DNA of 64,000 nt from Antechinus flavipes (lineage: Eukaryota). Each line of letters opens with the position of its first letter. Positions within the stretch are counted from its first letter, which is position 1. A program made the translations under genes and the position numbers. The stretch spans positions 147,436,001 through 147,500,000 of the forward strand of contig NC_067400.1 of assembly GCF_016432865.1 (NCBI RefSeq). Direction: 5' to 3'. The notes beneath the pieces are model-generated. The model was not told the origin of the DNA. It did no database searches and saw nothing but the letters and a program-made list of their open reading frames with translations. Positions 14,118 to 27,530 of this stretch are shown piece after piece.

Positions 14118-14597
14118 CTAAATCTTTTTTTTTCCTAAACCTGTGATTTCTTTAAGGTAGGAAGCTCTCCCAATGAGGAAGCATTCTCTCTATCCATGTA
14201 AACTGGCAATTTATTCTGGAACTTTAAGTTTTTAAGTTGTCTAGAGCACTTAAAAATTAAGTAAATTTCAAAAGTGAGACATGAATCTAGGTTACCCTAA
14301 GTCCAAGACAGACCTTCTTTCCACTGGGAGAGAAAACAAGAGAAAAAGGCACAGGGAGGGGGTAGTGAAGAGAGGGAGAAAGAGATTAAAAACCCAAAAA
14401 TTTCAAGGAAAAAGTTAAGAAAATTGACCAATAAAACCAATAAAAATGAATCTAAATGTATGTTATAAACATAGCTATCACCACAAGTAAAGCAGGACAA
14501 TTGAACTGTGGAAGAAAAACATTAGCTTTTGTCAATAGTTCTAATACACACACCAGCTTCTGACCTACTTTGAGTCTACTTATGGATAGCATACTCG

Positions 14598-14785
14598 CAG
14601 GGGTCCTCAAACTTTTTAAATAGGGGGCCAGTTCACTGTCCTTCAGACTGTTGGAGGGCCCGACTATAGTAAAATCAAAAAGTTTGTTTTGTGAGCCTTT
14701 AAAGAAACTTCATAGCCCTGGGTGAGGGGGATAATGGTCCTTAGTTGCCGCATATGGCCCGAGGGCCATAGTGTGAGGACCCCTG
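14598..14785. mobile_element. Non-autonomous hAT (OC1/OposCharlie1-like) MITE, copy 2, inverted relative to copy 1
   Basis: TIRs CAGGGGTCCTCAAACT / AGTGTGAGGACCCCTG, 188 bp. Internal sequence is the reverse complement of 1083-1270. Confidence 0.85.
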
Positions 14786-15525
14786 CTAGAGGGAGAGAGA
14801 AAAGAGTTTTGAGAATCAGGTTGAGCTCCACCCACATGAAGGGACTGGGATAAAGTTACTTCATGAAACAGGTACAATCTCTCTAATAGCTTACTCTCTG
14901 TCAGAAACATTGTTTCCCCTTTTAAGCAACTCACACACACACCCTGTTTCTAAGGTATGGGTGTTTTTTCAAAGTCCTGTGCTGGGCTTTCAAGAATACA
15001 AGAAAAGCCTACTATTCGTTTGCTTAACTACCAGCAGGAGTTCTTTTATTTATTTTTTAAAAACTGGCTCATGTCTTGTTCGGCCTGATCCCTATTATGT
15101 GTATATTTTTTCCTCTCTGTCTTATGCACAATCATCTCAGTGAAATTTGTAGTTAACTAACTTACAGCCAGATTGCTCTAACAACTCCAATCTGGATTTA
15201 CAAATCCACAATAACATAAAAATGCTACTCTTTGAGTTTCCCAGTTCTAAAGAAGTGGGACACTCCTTTTAACCATCAAAGAGGAAGAAGAAAGTGACAG
15301 CTTTCCTTTTCATCCCATTATATCTTTGTAAAAAGGACAGATAAGGGCAAAGAACAAATGAGGGCAAATATGTGGAGAGCATCAGGTACAATTTGTCTTT
15401 TTGTTTTTTAATATATCACTTTTCATTTTTTAAATCTTTTTTTTTAATTAGCAGGAGCTATTTTCTCTGTTTTTCTCTCACTGAAAACAAAAAGGAAAAT
15501 AAAAATAAAACCCTCATAATGAATA

Positions 15526-16770
15526 TGTTATGAAAGTTGTATTTGTGTTTTTGGTACCCATTTTGTTTATTTTTTACCCATTCTGAGTATGTACCTCACT
15601 GTTAACCACTAATGACTAGTATCTCAATTCTCTTTTGCCTCAACCTCAATTAACATTGTATGAAGGGATGTTTACTTTGAAATTATAGTTAAAAAGAGAA
15701 GTACAAAAATTTCTCTTCAACACCAATACTACCTCTTTCTCTAGGGAGAGTGGGCTCAGACTTAACACAGTTTATACACAGCATTATTAGTCCCATCAAA
15801 TTCATATCCAAATGAGGCACCAGTGCTGAATGACACCATCTACCACTAGCCTGAGTAATTCCTTGGGCTTTGGGATATTGATTCTGAACTGACTACAAAA
15901 TCCTGAGAAGTACTTAATTCCTAGATTCTCAGTTTCCCAGACTCCCAGAAAGCTTATTCTCTTGAACTTTCAAGATTCACAGGTTGCAGATTTCAACTTC
16001 CTTTACCTGAGACAAAAGAGCAGACAATGATACAAATGAAGAACTGAGACCTGTATTCACAGGATCACATCAGCTTCAGATGAAGAGAAAGCCCCAGGCC
16101 TTTGCCCTTACCCACAAATAATCATGTAGCAAGAAAAAAATCAGCCAAATAGAAGTCAAACCAAGAGAAAAAGGTCAATAGAGACTAATGACTTTATAAT
16201 GTTCTCTCCCCCAGATCAAGCTCTGCAGCCATAGCCAATTCAAATGTTATGTGATCATTCAGTATCAACTTAGCAGCTCTAAACCAGTTACATCTCTAAA
16301 TATGATCCAAAATCTCCATCACACTCCCATTACACTTCATCAAGACTCTCCTGAGTTCTCAACTTCTTCCATGTAGGGAAATATATCAGAAGAACAATGA
16401 ATAATTATATGTACCAATTCCCATTATAAATATATTTCCTATCATAAATCTACCTTAAAATTAGATCACAATGAATATTGAGAAACAATCTTGGAACAAA
16501 AAAAGAAATAGAAATAAATGATGGTCAATTTCATTCCAGGATTGGTTTTTCCTCAGGTTTGGACTTTTAATGATTTTAGGGTCACGTGTTCTTTTCAGTG
16601 TATTTTATACTGCGAGGCAAACAACAATAAAGGTTTGTTTATGAGTCCATATAGTTTAGTTTCCTCTTCTTGCTTGGTTTTTTGGGGAAACAAAACCAAG
16701 GTCATGGGTGTATAATTAAACTAGAGTTGTATATGTTGTTTAGAAAGGAAGAAACTGAGAAAGTATAACA
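15526..16770 (+). mobile_element. Possible long solo ERV LTR
   Basis: Begins TGTTAT and ends ATAACA (6-bp inverted termini), with AATAAA near 16627 followed by a U5-like GT-rich tract. No matching TSD, so boundaries are uncertain. Confidence 0.4.
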
Positions 16771-19722
16771 GGTGTTGAGATTAAATCATTCCCTAGACAC
16801 TGAAAGCTAAGGCAAAATCTTTCTGACAAACATCTGAGTCAAAGAAATGTTCATCTCCAATTCTTAATCTCTTCCATTTTTTACTGCCATCTGCACTGTC
16901 ATTACAATCTGGCAATATATTTTCCCATTGTTTCCATGTAGAATACAATCATGACTAAGGTAGCATAGAGAAAATAATGTACTGTTGAAATGCTGGTATG
17001 TTGTTCTCTGTTATTATCAAATAAGATATTATCTGTAAAACACTTAGCATAAAGCATGGAACATAGTAGATTCCTATTAAGTGTCTGTTACCTTCCCCCT
17101 GCCTTTTTTTTAAAGAGTGCTTTCATTAAAAAAAGATGCTGCTAACCACCTACCATCAGTAGTCAACTGTGATTTATTTTCCTAACAGCAGTGATAAATG
17201 AGAGATCTGCAGAAATATATCACCAAACTCTGTCGCCCAATCCGTTTTGTGATAAGAGTATTGGGAGGATTACATAGCTAGCTAATGTTTAGGATATAGT
17301 TTCTGATCAGGGAATCAATGGAAATGAACTTTTCCAATAATGTCACAAACCTATAACCTTGGCCTCGTCTTACCATGACCTGCTAATATTTTACAAACAT
17401 TGGGATAGTAGGTATTAATGGTACTGTATCAACAGGATAAACAATATGTTGGCTGAAGTTTGATGAAAAGCTTATAAACTTTAGTAGGGTCACGAATTTT
17501 CACTTGTGGATAGAGGGCACAAATAAATGAAATTACAGACCTTTGACATGATTAAAGAAGTGCCATTATATTCAGTTTTATTCTTTGGTGCATGGGTGAA
17601 AATAAACATATGAGAAAAACAAGAAAAAAAGTTTAATCCCTATTATATGATATCTTGAAGTAGGCAGAACTGACATTATGGTCCCAAAGCCAATAGTTTC
17701 ATTTTAAACTCAAGGTGCATGATAGTGTAACTAATTTCCCAGTTTCTGGCTTCCCCTTGGAATTTACATGTAATGTTTGACTGCTCCCAAACAGTAGTCA
17801 TTGAGGTCACCTTCCCTTTTAAAGGCTGAGAAGGGAACACCACACAAGGGAGTTGGAAATGGGTAAAACTGCATTTTGATTAAAATAGGGATTTTCAATA
17901 GCAATCTCAAATAGTTACAAATCCCTTTTTTTTAGGAGAATTGAATTTTATTTCAGCATCCAATACTAACCAATAGGAAGGCTAAAGATTATAGTGAAGG
18001 AATTCTAATAGAAAGCTGATTTCAACAATAGATCTCTTTCATCTAGCTATTGATTGGCTGTGCGGGATGGGTAAAGGAGGGATGTTTATCACTTGTATGT
18101 ATATTATAGGGAAAGAGAAGGAGGGGTTTCATAGAAAATTTCTGCCCACGATTAGATCAGTCTCAATAATCATAGGTATTCTCTAGTTTCAGTTTAAATT
18201 TTCTTTAAAATTAATCCCTGTAATATAATACCTGTACTTTTCTATACCTTAAGCAGATGGTATTTGTATAGCTTTTTAAGAGTATGAATAAGAGAAATGT
18301 GAAGGTATAGAGGATAGAAAGCTGCAATGTAAATTGAATTTGGGGAGGGAATTTCCTCATCAGAGTTCCCTACACCAATGAAATCACAGAGTTGAATAAA
18401 AAAAAAAAAAAAAAAAAGGAAAAGTAGATGTAGAACTTTCTGCTATTGCATGCTGGATGATTCTTACATTAAGTTCTTCCAATAAGAGTTTAAGGAGCAT
18501 TCCATGTATACATTGTTCAAAAGAGCCACATGATACAGAAGTATCCATGTTCAAATCCTATCCCTCATGCCCATGTGAACTTGGGTAATCCACTTAATCT
18601 CCTTAGCCCTGCCTTTCTTCCTATGGACAATGAAGAGCTTGAACTAAATAGTTCCTAAGGTACCTTCCAGTTTTGACTTATGATTTTGTCATCTTTAAAA
18701 CCTAAGTTAAGAAAAGAACCCAAAGGATCACTCATTGTCCTAAAACTATAGGGAAGGATGTGTTAAGTCTACAACAGTGGTGCTTAATTTCTCAATGTTA
18801 TATCTTAAACCTCATTGACTTTCATCAAAAGTATTTCATAGAGTTCCCTGAAAACCCATCCTATCCACATTGAACAGAGAAATCCATTTATTTCCCAAAG
18901 GCCATATCAATCTCAGATGTAATACCTGTAATTAGCAGTAGTTTCCCTTCATATTGTGCATTCCACCTACTTCCATTTATTTTTCCTGGTTTTCTTATAG
19001 ACTAAATGTAAAACAAAACCTGCTGCTTCGTTAGCCAATGCATTCATCAAGCCAGGGCTTCCACATCATTAAGCCAAAAAGTTTTTACTTTTTTTCCAGG
19101 CAGGAAGAGTTTTCTCTAGAGATGTCTTGCTAAGCCTCTCCTTTCTATCCCTACAAATGGGTCCTGAACTTCATTCCAATTTCTTTTCTCATTCTAGTAC
19201 TTGGGAACCTAAACGGGATTTGTTTCACTGATTCCAGTACAAGTGTGCGCTGCACCATTTTATCAACTACTCAGGAGCAAGTGAGGCTGCCAATAGCTGA
19301 ATTAGTTACCATATTTATTTCTTGCAAAAACAAGTAGACCATCAGAGCTGACATCTTATCTCAAGGCACACTGTCTGGCTGCATTTACAAGACTGCTAGG
19401 AAAGTGAATTCTAAGGAGTAGATCTGGGTGTTTGAGAAAGGTGAATCCCAGGGGAGGAAAGAACTGAAATCAATTTACTTACTTTATAACATTTAATGCA
19501 GAGATTGTTGGAACCCAACAAATACAACAAACCAATTACAGCACCTGAGAACTCTGTTAAAAGCATGAGGAAGATTAAGCATCCTAGGCAAGGGGCCCTT
19601 GTCACTATAATTAGACCTAAAAGCACAATGCTTGTCTAATAGAACTTGTAAAGGATTGTCACCTATCATACCTCCAGAGTCTTTTAACCTTCACCTGCTT
19701 TGTGCTACAATGTAGAGTCTAA

Positions 19723-19917
<195 letters not shown>

Positions 19918-21574
19918 TGAGGTTCACTTTGCCATTAGTACCAACATGGGAATTTCCCATCTAGCCTTGGAACACTTACCTGGCACTGCTTTTGAGACTT
20001 GTTTACAGAGCCATTTCAGAAAAGGAAATAGAGGATGGAGGAACAAGTTGTCACACGATGACAGCTGTTAGCATTGACAGGTTTGATGGGGACCTGGGAG
20101 CACTTAGTCTCAAGGTGCCATTAAACTTGAAATCCTTGTTCTGAATGTTAAAAGTCTCAGAATGAGAATGGGCAAGATGACAGATGACAGATTACAGACA
20201 TTCTGAGATCTCAAAGAAGCCCCTTCATGTCCTCTTAATGACTCTTTGATGGGGAAACTATTTTTATTCCTAGTTAAATTTGCATGTCATATTTTTATCC
20301 TCAAGTGGAGGAGAAAATGAAAATTCAACTTTATTTTTTTCCCTTTTGCAAGATAACTGAGTTGTTCATTGGAGGTATAATGTCAATGAAAAGGGGACAT
20401 CACAAGCACAGTGTTCTGACAGTCACTATTCCCTTTGAAGGCTTGGCTGAATCACCTGATAGTAAGCTTTGATTTTGATCTACTTTATGCAATTCTTCAT
20501 GCCACAGTCACTGACTGACAAGGTTCTGCTCATTTCAGCTGTTGAAATGGGTTTGATTGCTCTCCATTGAATGGAACAACTGATTGATATAGGGGCTTAG
20601 GAGCTGGGAAGTAGGGCAAGATACTAGGAGAGATGTCTAGGTTGGTCACTTGACAGGTAGGGTTGGAGGTAGATTGAGCAGTTAGTGGGATGGACAGAGT
20701 AGAAGTCAACAGGTGAAGAAGTTAGAAGGGGAGTCTGTTCTAAGACATTGATGGGCAAGATGCAGGTGTGGGGAGCAGATGTGGGCTAAGGAGAAAGAGG
20801 CCAAACATGATTTCTGAAGCAGCTGCAAGAGATTAGTTGAGGAGTGGGAGGGACTGGAGGGAGAGAGAGTCAGGGGCTCATTAAGACTTTTTTCTTTAGT
20901 TGCAGAGTTGCATTTTCAAGCCTCCTGTGTTAATAATCTTGTAAACATTATCGGGAAGAGCTTAGTAGAGTGAAAATCAGACAACTGTGAAAGCAGCTAG
21001 AATCTTCTTAGGTCCCTAAATATTGAAGCTTTCTATAAGAAACCCTTATCTTAATGTCATAGGCGAGGCAACACCAAATGCTATTGGCTCATCTTCCTAA
21101 AATACTGTGTAATTACACAGTTTAAACACAATTGTTTACCTGACTACCTATCTGTTACCTTTGGAGACTGAGGTCAGCAGATCTGACAATGTATTAACAG
21201 TTTCTAAGGTATCTTTTCTTAATGAGTGTTCAGAAAAAAAAAAGTGCAACTTGGTTTCCAGATGGCTTAATGAATAAAGATGTTCCTTTCTCCGGCTGCT
21301 ACAGTTGCCCATCTGTGTTTACCTAGCAGCCTTGGGTAAACTTAGAGATGTGTTGTGCACTGTATTCCTGGGTTTTAGAACATGTGCAAGTTCTTACATA
21401 AGGAAAATACCAAAATGTTTCAAAAACTGTATTGCATCTGACAAATGAATAAGGAAGATTTAAGAGGAAATTGAAAAATAAAATAGATATAGGAAAACTG
21501 GGAGATATTTTATTTAATCTAACATATCCATTTTAGAGATATTTATTAGGGATTTTTATCTAAAGTATACCTAA

Positions 21575-21776
21575 CAATATATGCTGGAACCAGCTTTTAC
21601 CAGCTGATGAGAATTATTGTGCATTGCCTCAAAAAATCTAAAAACCCTACAAATCAGGGTTTGAGTTATTTGTTGATTGTGTAGCCTAAAAAGGTGATAC
21701 TAAAAATGTTAATATTGTAGATTAACCTTAAAAGTTGAATGTTTTCAGTTGGTAAGCATTTGCCAGCATACTCCTG
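21575..21776. mobile_element. hAT-Tip100-like MITE (marsupial)
   Basis: Degenerate TIRs CAATATATGCTGG / CCAGCATACTCCTG. Internal ctacaaatcagggtttgagttatttgttgattg...aaaatgttaatattgtagattaacc matches a recalled common marsupial element. Confidence 0.6.
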
Positions 21777-22339
21777 CTATATTATTTAAATATATATTAG
21801 TATCAAAACCTATATAAGTATCTATAAATGTGTGTCTTTATAAATATGTATATGAACATAAATGCATATACCATATAATATACAAATATATGCACATATA
21901 AGTTACATTAATAATTATGTATTCGATGTAATTTTTGGCAGGTAAATAACATGGTAGAAAGGGTGCTGGATGTTTAATCCAGAAATTCAATCCAGAATCA
22001 AACAACTAATCCCAAAAGCTAAATCTCTTAGCTTCTATCAGCCTACTTTAATAATCTATAAAATGGACATGATAATAGCAGTTCTCCCAGAGGATCATTG
22101 TAATGATCACATGCATTAATATATGTAAAGAACTTTATAATCAATAAAGTACTAAATAAATTTTGGCTATTATTATGTTAATTTATACTAATGCCATTAT
22201 TATATGTTCTACATAAATTATTTTACTCTGTATTTCAGTATAGGAAGAAATAGGAAACAAATTTAAAGCTTGTAGCTAATCCTGAAAAGGAAGTTTAATA
22301 ATTTAGAATAGAAGGTGGGAAATGTTAACAAAGCAGTAG

Positions 22340-23340
22340 CTATCCTAAAAGGAGAATGGAGAAGGCAGGATCAAAAATGTAATAATACAGTGAGAATTTT
22401 TTTTTAACAAATTAAAAGAGGGCCAAATTAGAAGAGATAAGATTACTTTAAAAAGGCAAGTGATCAGAAACATAGAATTTAGCCTTCCAGAAAAGCATGA
22501 AAAAATAACCCATTGTATACTTCCATAAATCATAAAAAGATATTACTAGAAAGCATTGAAAACATGAGCCAACAGAATTCATAGACTGCCAGAGAGAGGA
22601 ACATTAGATATAATATATTCAGTAAGATTGTCATCAAGCTCCAGAGCTTCCATAACAAAGAAAAGATATTAGGAGCAGCCAGGAAGAAACAACTTACATA
22701 CCAAGAAATTTCCATCTGAATTATTTAATATCACTCATCAACACTATAAAAACTTATAGAGGGTCACAGTCAGTGGAGTAAGATATAAGATCCTTCATCC
22801 CAGAGGGAACCTGCTAACAATGTCTAGTTTATCTCCCCATCTACCCTAAGAGCTCTCGGCCTTCCTGAGAAGTCAGGAGATTGTGTGGAGATTGAAGCTG
22901 AGTGATACCAGGTAGAAGAGTGATACCAGGTGGCAAACTACATACAACAGCAAGTTGTTCATGTGGTCCCACATGCACAATGTTGTTTTTGTTACATTAT
23001 ATAAAAGGGAAAGTCCTTGAAATAAAGGAACTCCATTTTCCCACCATCCTTAGGAGTCCCACCTCATCACTTCTCCACTAGGAAGGTATCTTATTCACCC
23101 CAGTGTGAGGGTTCCAGAAAGCAACAGTACGTTTTGTCACCCCAGTTTGGAGGCTCTAGAAAGCAGGACACAACAAAAACTAAAGGAAAGGCTAGACTAT
23201 GATAGGATAAAAAAAGTATATGATTTTCACTACTACCAATATATGCTACAAAATTATCCTACGGGAAAATGACCTTTTAATGGAATTAATGACTTTCGAG
23301 CATTTTTTTTTTTAGAAAGAAAACCAGAGTTGGAAAGAGA
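22340..23340 (+). mobile_element. L1 ORF1 relic, split by a solo LTR
   Basis: 22623-22722 translates KIVIKLQSFHNKEKILGAARKKQLTYQEISI, resembling L1 ORF1p. ORF1-like sequence resumes after 23181 (...accttttaatggaattaatgactttcgagca...aaaaccagagttg). Confidence 0.75.
22755..23175 (+). mobile_element. Solo ERV LTR, 421 bp, 6-bp TSD
   Basis: AAAACT duplicated at 22749-22754 and 23176-23181. Termini TA(=TG)...CA, TATATAAAA near 23000, AATAAA near 23021, internal direct repeats. Confidence 0.8.
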
Positions 23341-26300
23341 ATGAAAATGTGACATACTAAAGAAACTCAAGAAAAAATAAGCAAGTTTGAATAGATTGAA
23401 AAAGATTCATGATAATTCAGTGCTTACTTACCTACAGAGTATTTTTTTAAACAACAAGAAGATAAAGTTAGATGAAACAATGGATAGAATAAAATTATAC
23501 ACAATGGCAAGGCAGGGCTGGGGAGAATACATGTAGATAACTGGAGCCCCAGGAGTACCTAGATATGATGAATTCTCACCAACATCAATCATATAAGTCC
23601 TAAGATAAGAAATAGAGTGCTATATAAGTAGAAAGAAGTACAAAGTAGCAAAACATAAAGATGATCAGAATAGCATCCTTGTGAGCTTGGTGATACCTAG
23701 ACATGGAACATTCATTAATAATAAGCACAACAACTCAGTGAAATAATATAAAATACAATATAAAAAGAACTTTTAAACTATAAATATAATATGCACACTT
23801 ATTTGTGCATATGTATGTAGATATTTGTTACAAGAATATTTTTCTTTTCTTTTTTCCTGATTTGGAGGGTTGAGAAAGAAAAAAATAAATGCTTCTTAAT
23901 TGAAAAAATAAAGAAAAAATTTAACTTAAGCCTCTTAAATGAAGGGGCATTTGAGCAAAGTCTTGAAGAAAACCAGGGGGAAAGGAGTATAACATTCTTG
24001 ATGTGAGGGGATAGACAGTATAAAAGACTTGGAGATAAAAGTAGCCTCAGTATATCATATAGTGCCTGACTTATAGTAGTAAATGCTTATTAAATGCTTC
24101 TTCATTCATATATTCATTCATACAAAAACGAAAAGCAGAAAGTTTCTTCCCTCAAGTTTCAACCTACTGAGAGGAAACAAAACACACAGCTAGATAATTC
24201 TAGTNNNNNNNNNNNNNNNNNNNNNNNNNNNNNNNNNNNNNNNNNNNNNNNNNNNNNNNNNNNNNNNNNNNNNNNNNNNNNNNNNNNNNNNNNNNNNNNN
24301 NNNNNNNNNNNNNNNNNNNNNNNNNNNNNNNNNTATCTAGCATTTCTATGGGACACTGAGATTTGCAAAGCTCTGTACATCCATTATCTGATTTGATTTT
24401 AATAACAATACTGTGAGGAAGGTACTGTTATTATAATCATTTTACAGAATAAGGAATTGAGGCTCAAAGAAGCTAATGTTAATATAAATTATGTGCATCT
24501 GAGGTGGATTCCAAGCTCAGGTGTCACTGGCTACAAGTCTAGATCTCTATTCAATCTTTCTTTAAACAGAGTTAGCTTATGAAACCTGCTCAGTCCACTC
24601 TCAATGAGAAAAAGAAGTAAGGACTTTTTCTTCTTCCCAGTCCTTAAATGTGCCCCCATCAAGTTTGTATGTCTTTTTTGAGCCTTTTCTCTCCCTTCAA
24701 GACTACAACTTTAACCTGATTTCACCTAAATAAATACTTTAGCAAGGTCAGTACACTCTATATAGTTTACTCCCTCGAGGTGGCCATGAGTACAGGTAAT
24801 GTGTCACAAGTTGTCCCACTAATGAACAAAGCTGGCTTAAGTCTTATTTCAGCAAGAATTCTGACATGAGAAATAAGGCCACATAGCCATCAAATGCAAC
24901 GGATAAATTTCACACACAAACTTCTGCCCTCACATGGGATGCTGTCAGAGGTGAACAAGAACTTTTCATTCAATTGATGACTGTCTCACCTCTGGCCCAC
25001 CACCAGAGGGTGGAAGAATAGCTAAAGCAAAGGATTTTCCTTAGAATTCACTTCAACTGTCTATCAGATTCCTCACAAGAAAGTGGCAGAGGGAGTATAT
25101 TTTCAGCAACCAACAGGAAAGAGATTTGAAATGCTACTTCTGAAACTCCATTTTTCACTTACCTAAATAACTTCCTAAAAGAAAATGGGAGAAAGACGAT
25201 GCAACACTCTGACTCAACTCAGACAAATGGGAATTGAAAGGAAGCTAGTAAGTAATGGTGGAAAAATCAATAATAATCTAGAAGGCCAAAGGAAAAAAAT
25301 TAAAGACTTGTGGTGCATGTTACAAATCTGAGACTTCTAAAGTTCCCAGGGTGAACCTAGAGACCTTAGGAGTACATTTTCAGTCATTCATCATCTAAAG
25401 GAAAGGTATTTTCTACAGCCCAGTGGCAGGAATGAGCTGTCTATAAAGAAGGCAAGGAAGAATGATTAGATCTAAGGCAGGAAAGCATAGGTACAGAAGG
25501 AAATAAAACTTTTATATGGTTAGCAAATAAGGGTTAGAACTCTTTGTCAGTCCATTTAAGGAGGAAAGAAGTAATAGTGGCATTCTATTAAGCCTTTATC
25601 TTTCTACATATCCAAAGGTTTCTCTGCTCTTTTTGAAAATGTGGACATTTTAAGTTCTATTATCTCTATTTTCCTTGAGGTTTTTCCCCCTCCTTTCACA
25701 GAAATGCTTTTTCTAAATTCAAAAGACCTGAAAGGAAAGGGGGACATGAGAAGAACTGAGAAAAAAATCATTTTTAGGGCTAATTTCTTTCAGCATGCAT
25801 ATCAGTTAATAAGGCAGATAAGATTTCATGAAGAAACAGATAAAGTTTCTTAAGTCAAGGATTTCTAGACCCACTATTACAAAAGATACAAAATAATTTT
25901 TCACTTTTTTATCTTGTTCATTCATCTCTAAGCCAGCCAGTTATTGCAAGTGTTTAGTTTACCATTTGTTAGATATTTTCTTATATGCTATTTGGGAAAA
26001 AAGTACTTAAAAAGTGATCTTGAATCCAAAATCAATTAAATTAATAAGAAACAAGTATTTTCTGCATTTCCATATCGATTCATTCTTTAAAGAAACAATG
26101 ACATCACCAGGGCCAACCTCCCCTGGGCCAGAAGTACATGCTCTAAGTTGGAAAAAATAAGATAAGTAGAAAAATCTGGAAAATAAATAAATTATTGATT
26201 TAACAGCTAACAACAACAACAAACCAGTGGCCCTGCTTCACTAAATTTGTTCAATATAGATGAGCCACATATATTATGAATTAAGATAACAAAGTTGTGA

Positions 26301-26849
26301 AGGGTTGTGGCTCCTTTACTAAGGAATTAAGATCCTTATTATTTTAATTGCCAACTAGAACCCAAAGTACTGAAAAATATTCAGAGTTCTCTTGAACCAT
26401 ACATACCCAGCAGATCTTTGGAAGGTGAACCATCATCCCTTTAAGATAAGGGCTGACAACTTTTCAAAAGTGACACTCAAATCACCTTTGCTGAGTCTGG
26501 AGTCAGAGGTTCTGGGTTCAAATCCTAACTATGGAACAAACAATAGCTTTGTAATCCCAAATAAGTCACTCAAGCTCTATGTGCCTTAGTTTCCTCATCT
26601 GTAAAACAGAGATAATAATACTCACATTACCTATCTCACAAGTTGTTATCAAGAAAGGCACTATGAACCTCAAAGGCTATATTATGCATCTGAAATTTTT
26701 AAAAGAATTTTCCCCTAAAAGATCATATTCAAATTTGCTGGGTATTATTTATGGTTGTAACCCTAGCTCCTTTGCTTTCTAGATTATTATAATCCAAGCC
26801 CTTTCCTCTTTTAAAGTGGAAACTGCTAAATTTTATGTGGCCGTGGTTC

Positions 26850-27530
26850 CACAACATTTGAATTGGTTCTTTCTGCCTGTTTGCAATATTTTCTCCTAAA
26901 CCTGGGAGCTCTAGAATTTGGCAGTCATATTCCTGAGAATTTTCATTTGGGGATCTCTTTCAAGGGGTGATTAGAAAATTCTTTCAATTTCTATTTTATC
27001 CTTTGGTTCTAGAATGACAGGAAATTTTCCTTGATAAGTTTTTGAAAGATGACGTTAAGTCTCTTTGTTTGATCATGGCTTTCAGGATGTCCAATAATAT
27101 TTACATTTTGTCTCTTTTATTTCCCATTATTTTTTCCAATGAAATATTGTTATCAATGAATTTTTCTTCTATTGTTTTTATTCTTTTAATTTGCTTTTAG
27201 TGTTTCTTGATCTCTAATGGAGTAATTAGCTTTCACTTGCCTGATTCTAATTTTTAAAGAAAAAACAATCCCCAATCTCCTTCTGACCAGTTATTTGATT
27301 CCCTTACCATCTGTTAGCTGAGAGCTCCCGAAGCTTTTGTTGCTGCTAACTCAGTCACCCCAAAAACTTGTACTGGATTGTTCACTCCAGTGATACCGCC
27401 AACCTTCTAAGTTGTCTTGGGCTAGAAAATTGACTCTATCCTTTTGTTGATTCTGCCACTTTCTCCCTTTGAAGTGTTGTTTTAATGTTGTTTGGAGGGG
27501 AATTTGAGAGAGTTCAATAAAGTCCTTGCC
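26850..27530 (-). mobile_element. L1 ORF1 / 5' region relic
   Basis: Minus-strand frameshifted translation VIFQKLIKENF.../VILEPKDKIEIERIF*SPLERDPQMKILRNMTAKF*SSQV*EK resembles marsupial L1 ORF1p. Confidence 0.8.

Noticed and set aside
1075-14793. 8-bp TSDs around the two OC1-like MITEs
   Set aside because: Flanks (ttagaatt/caaaaact; catactcg/ctagaggg) do not match, so TSDs are not claimed.
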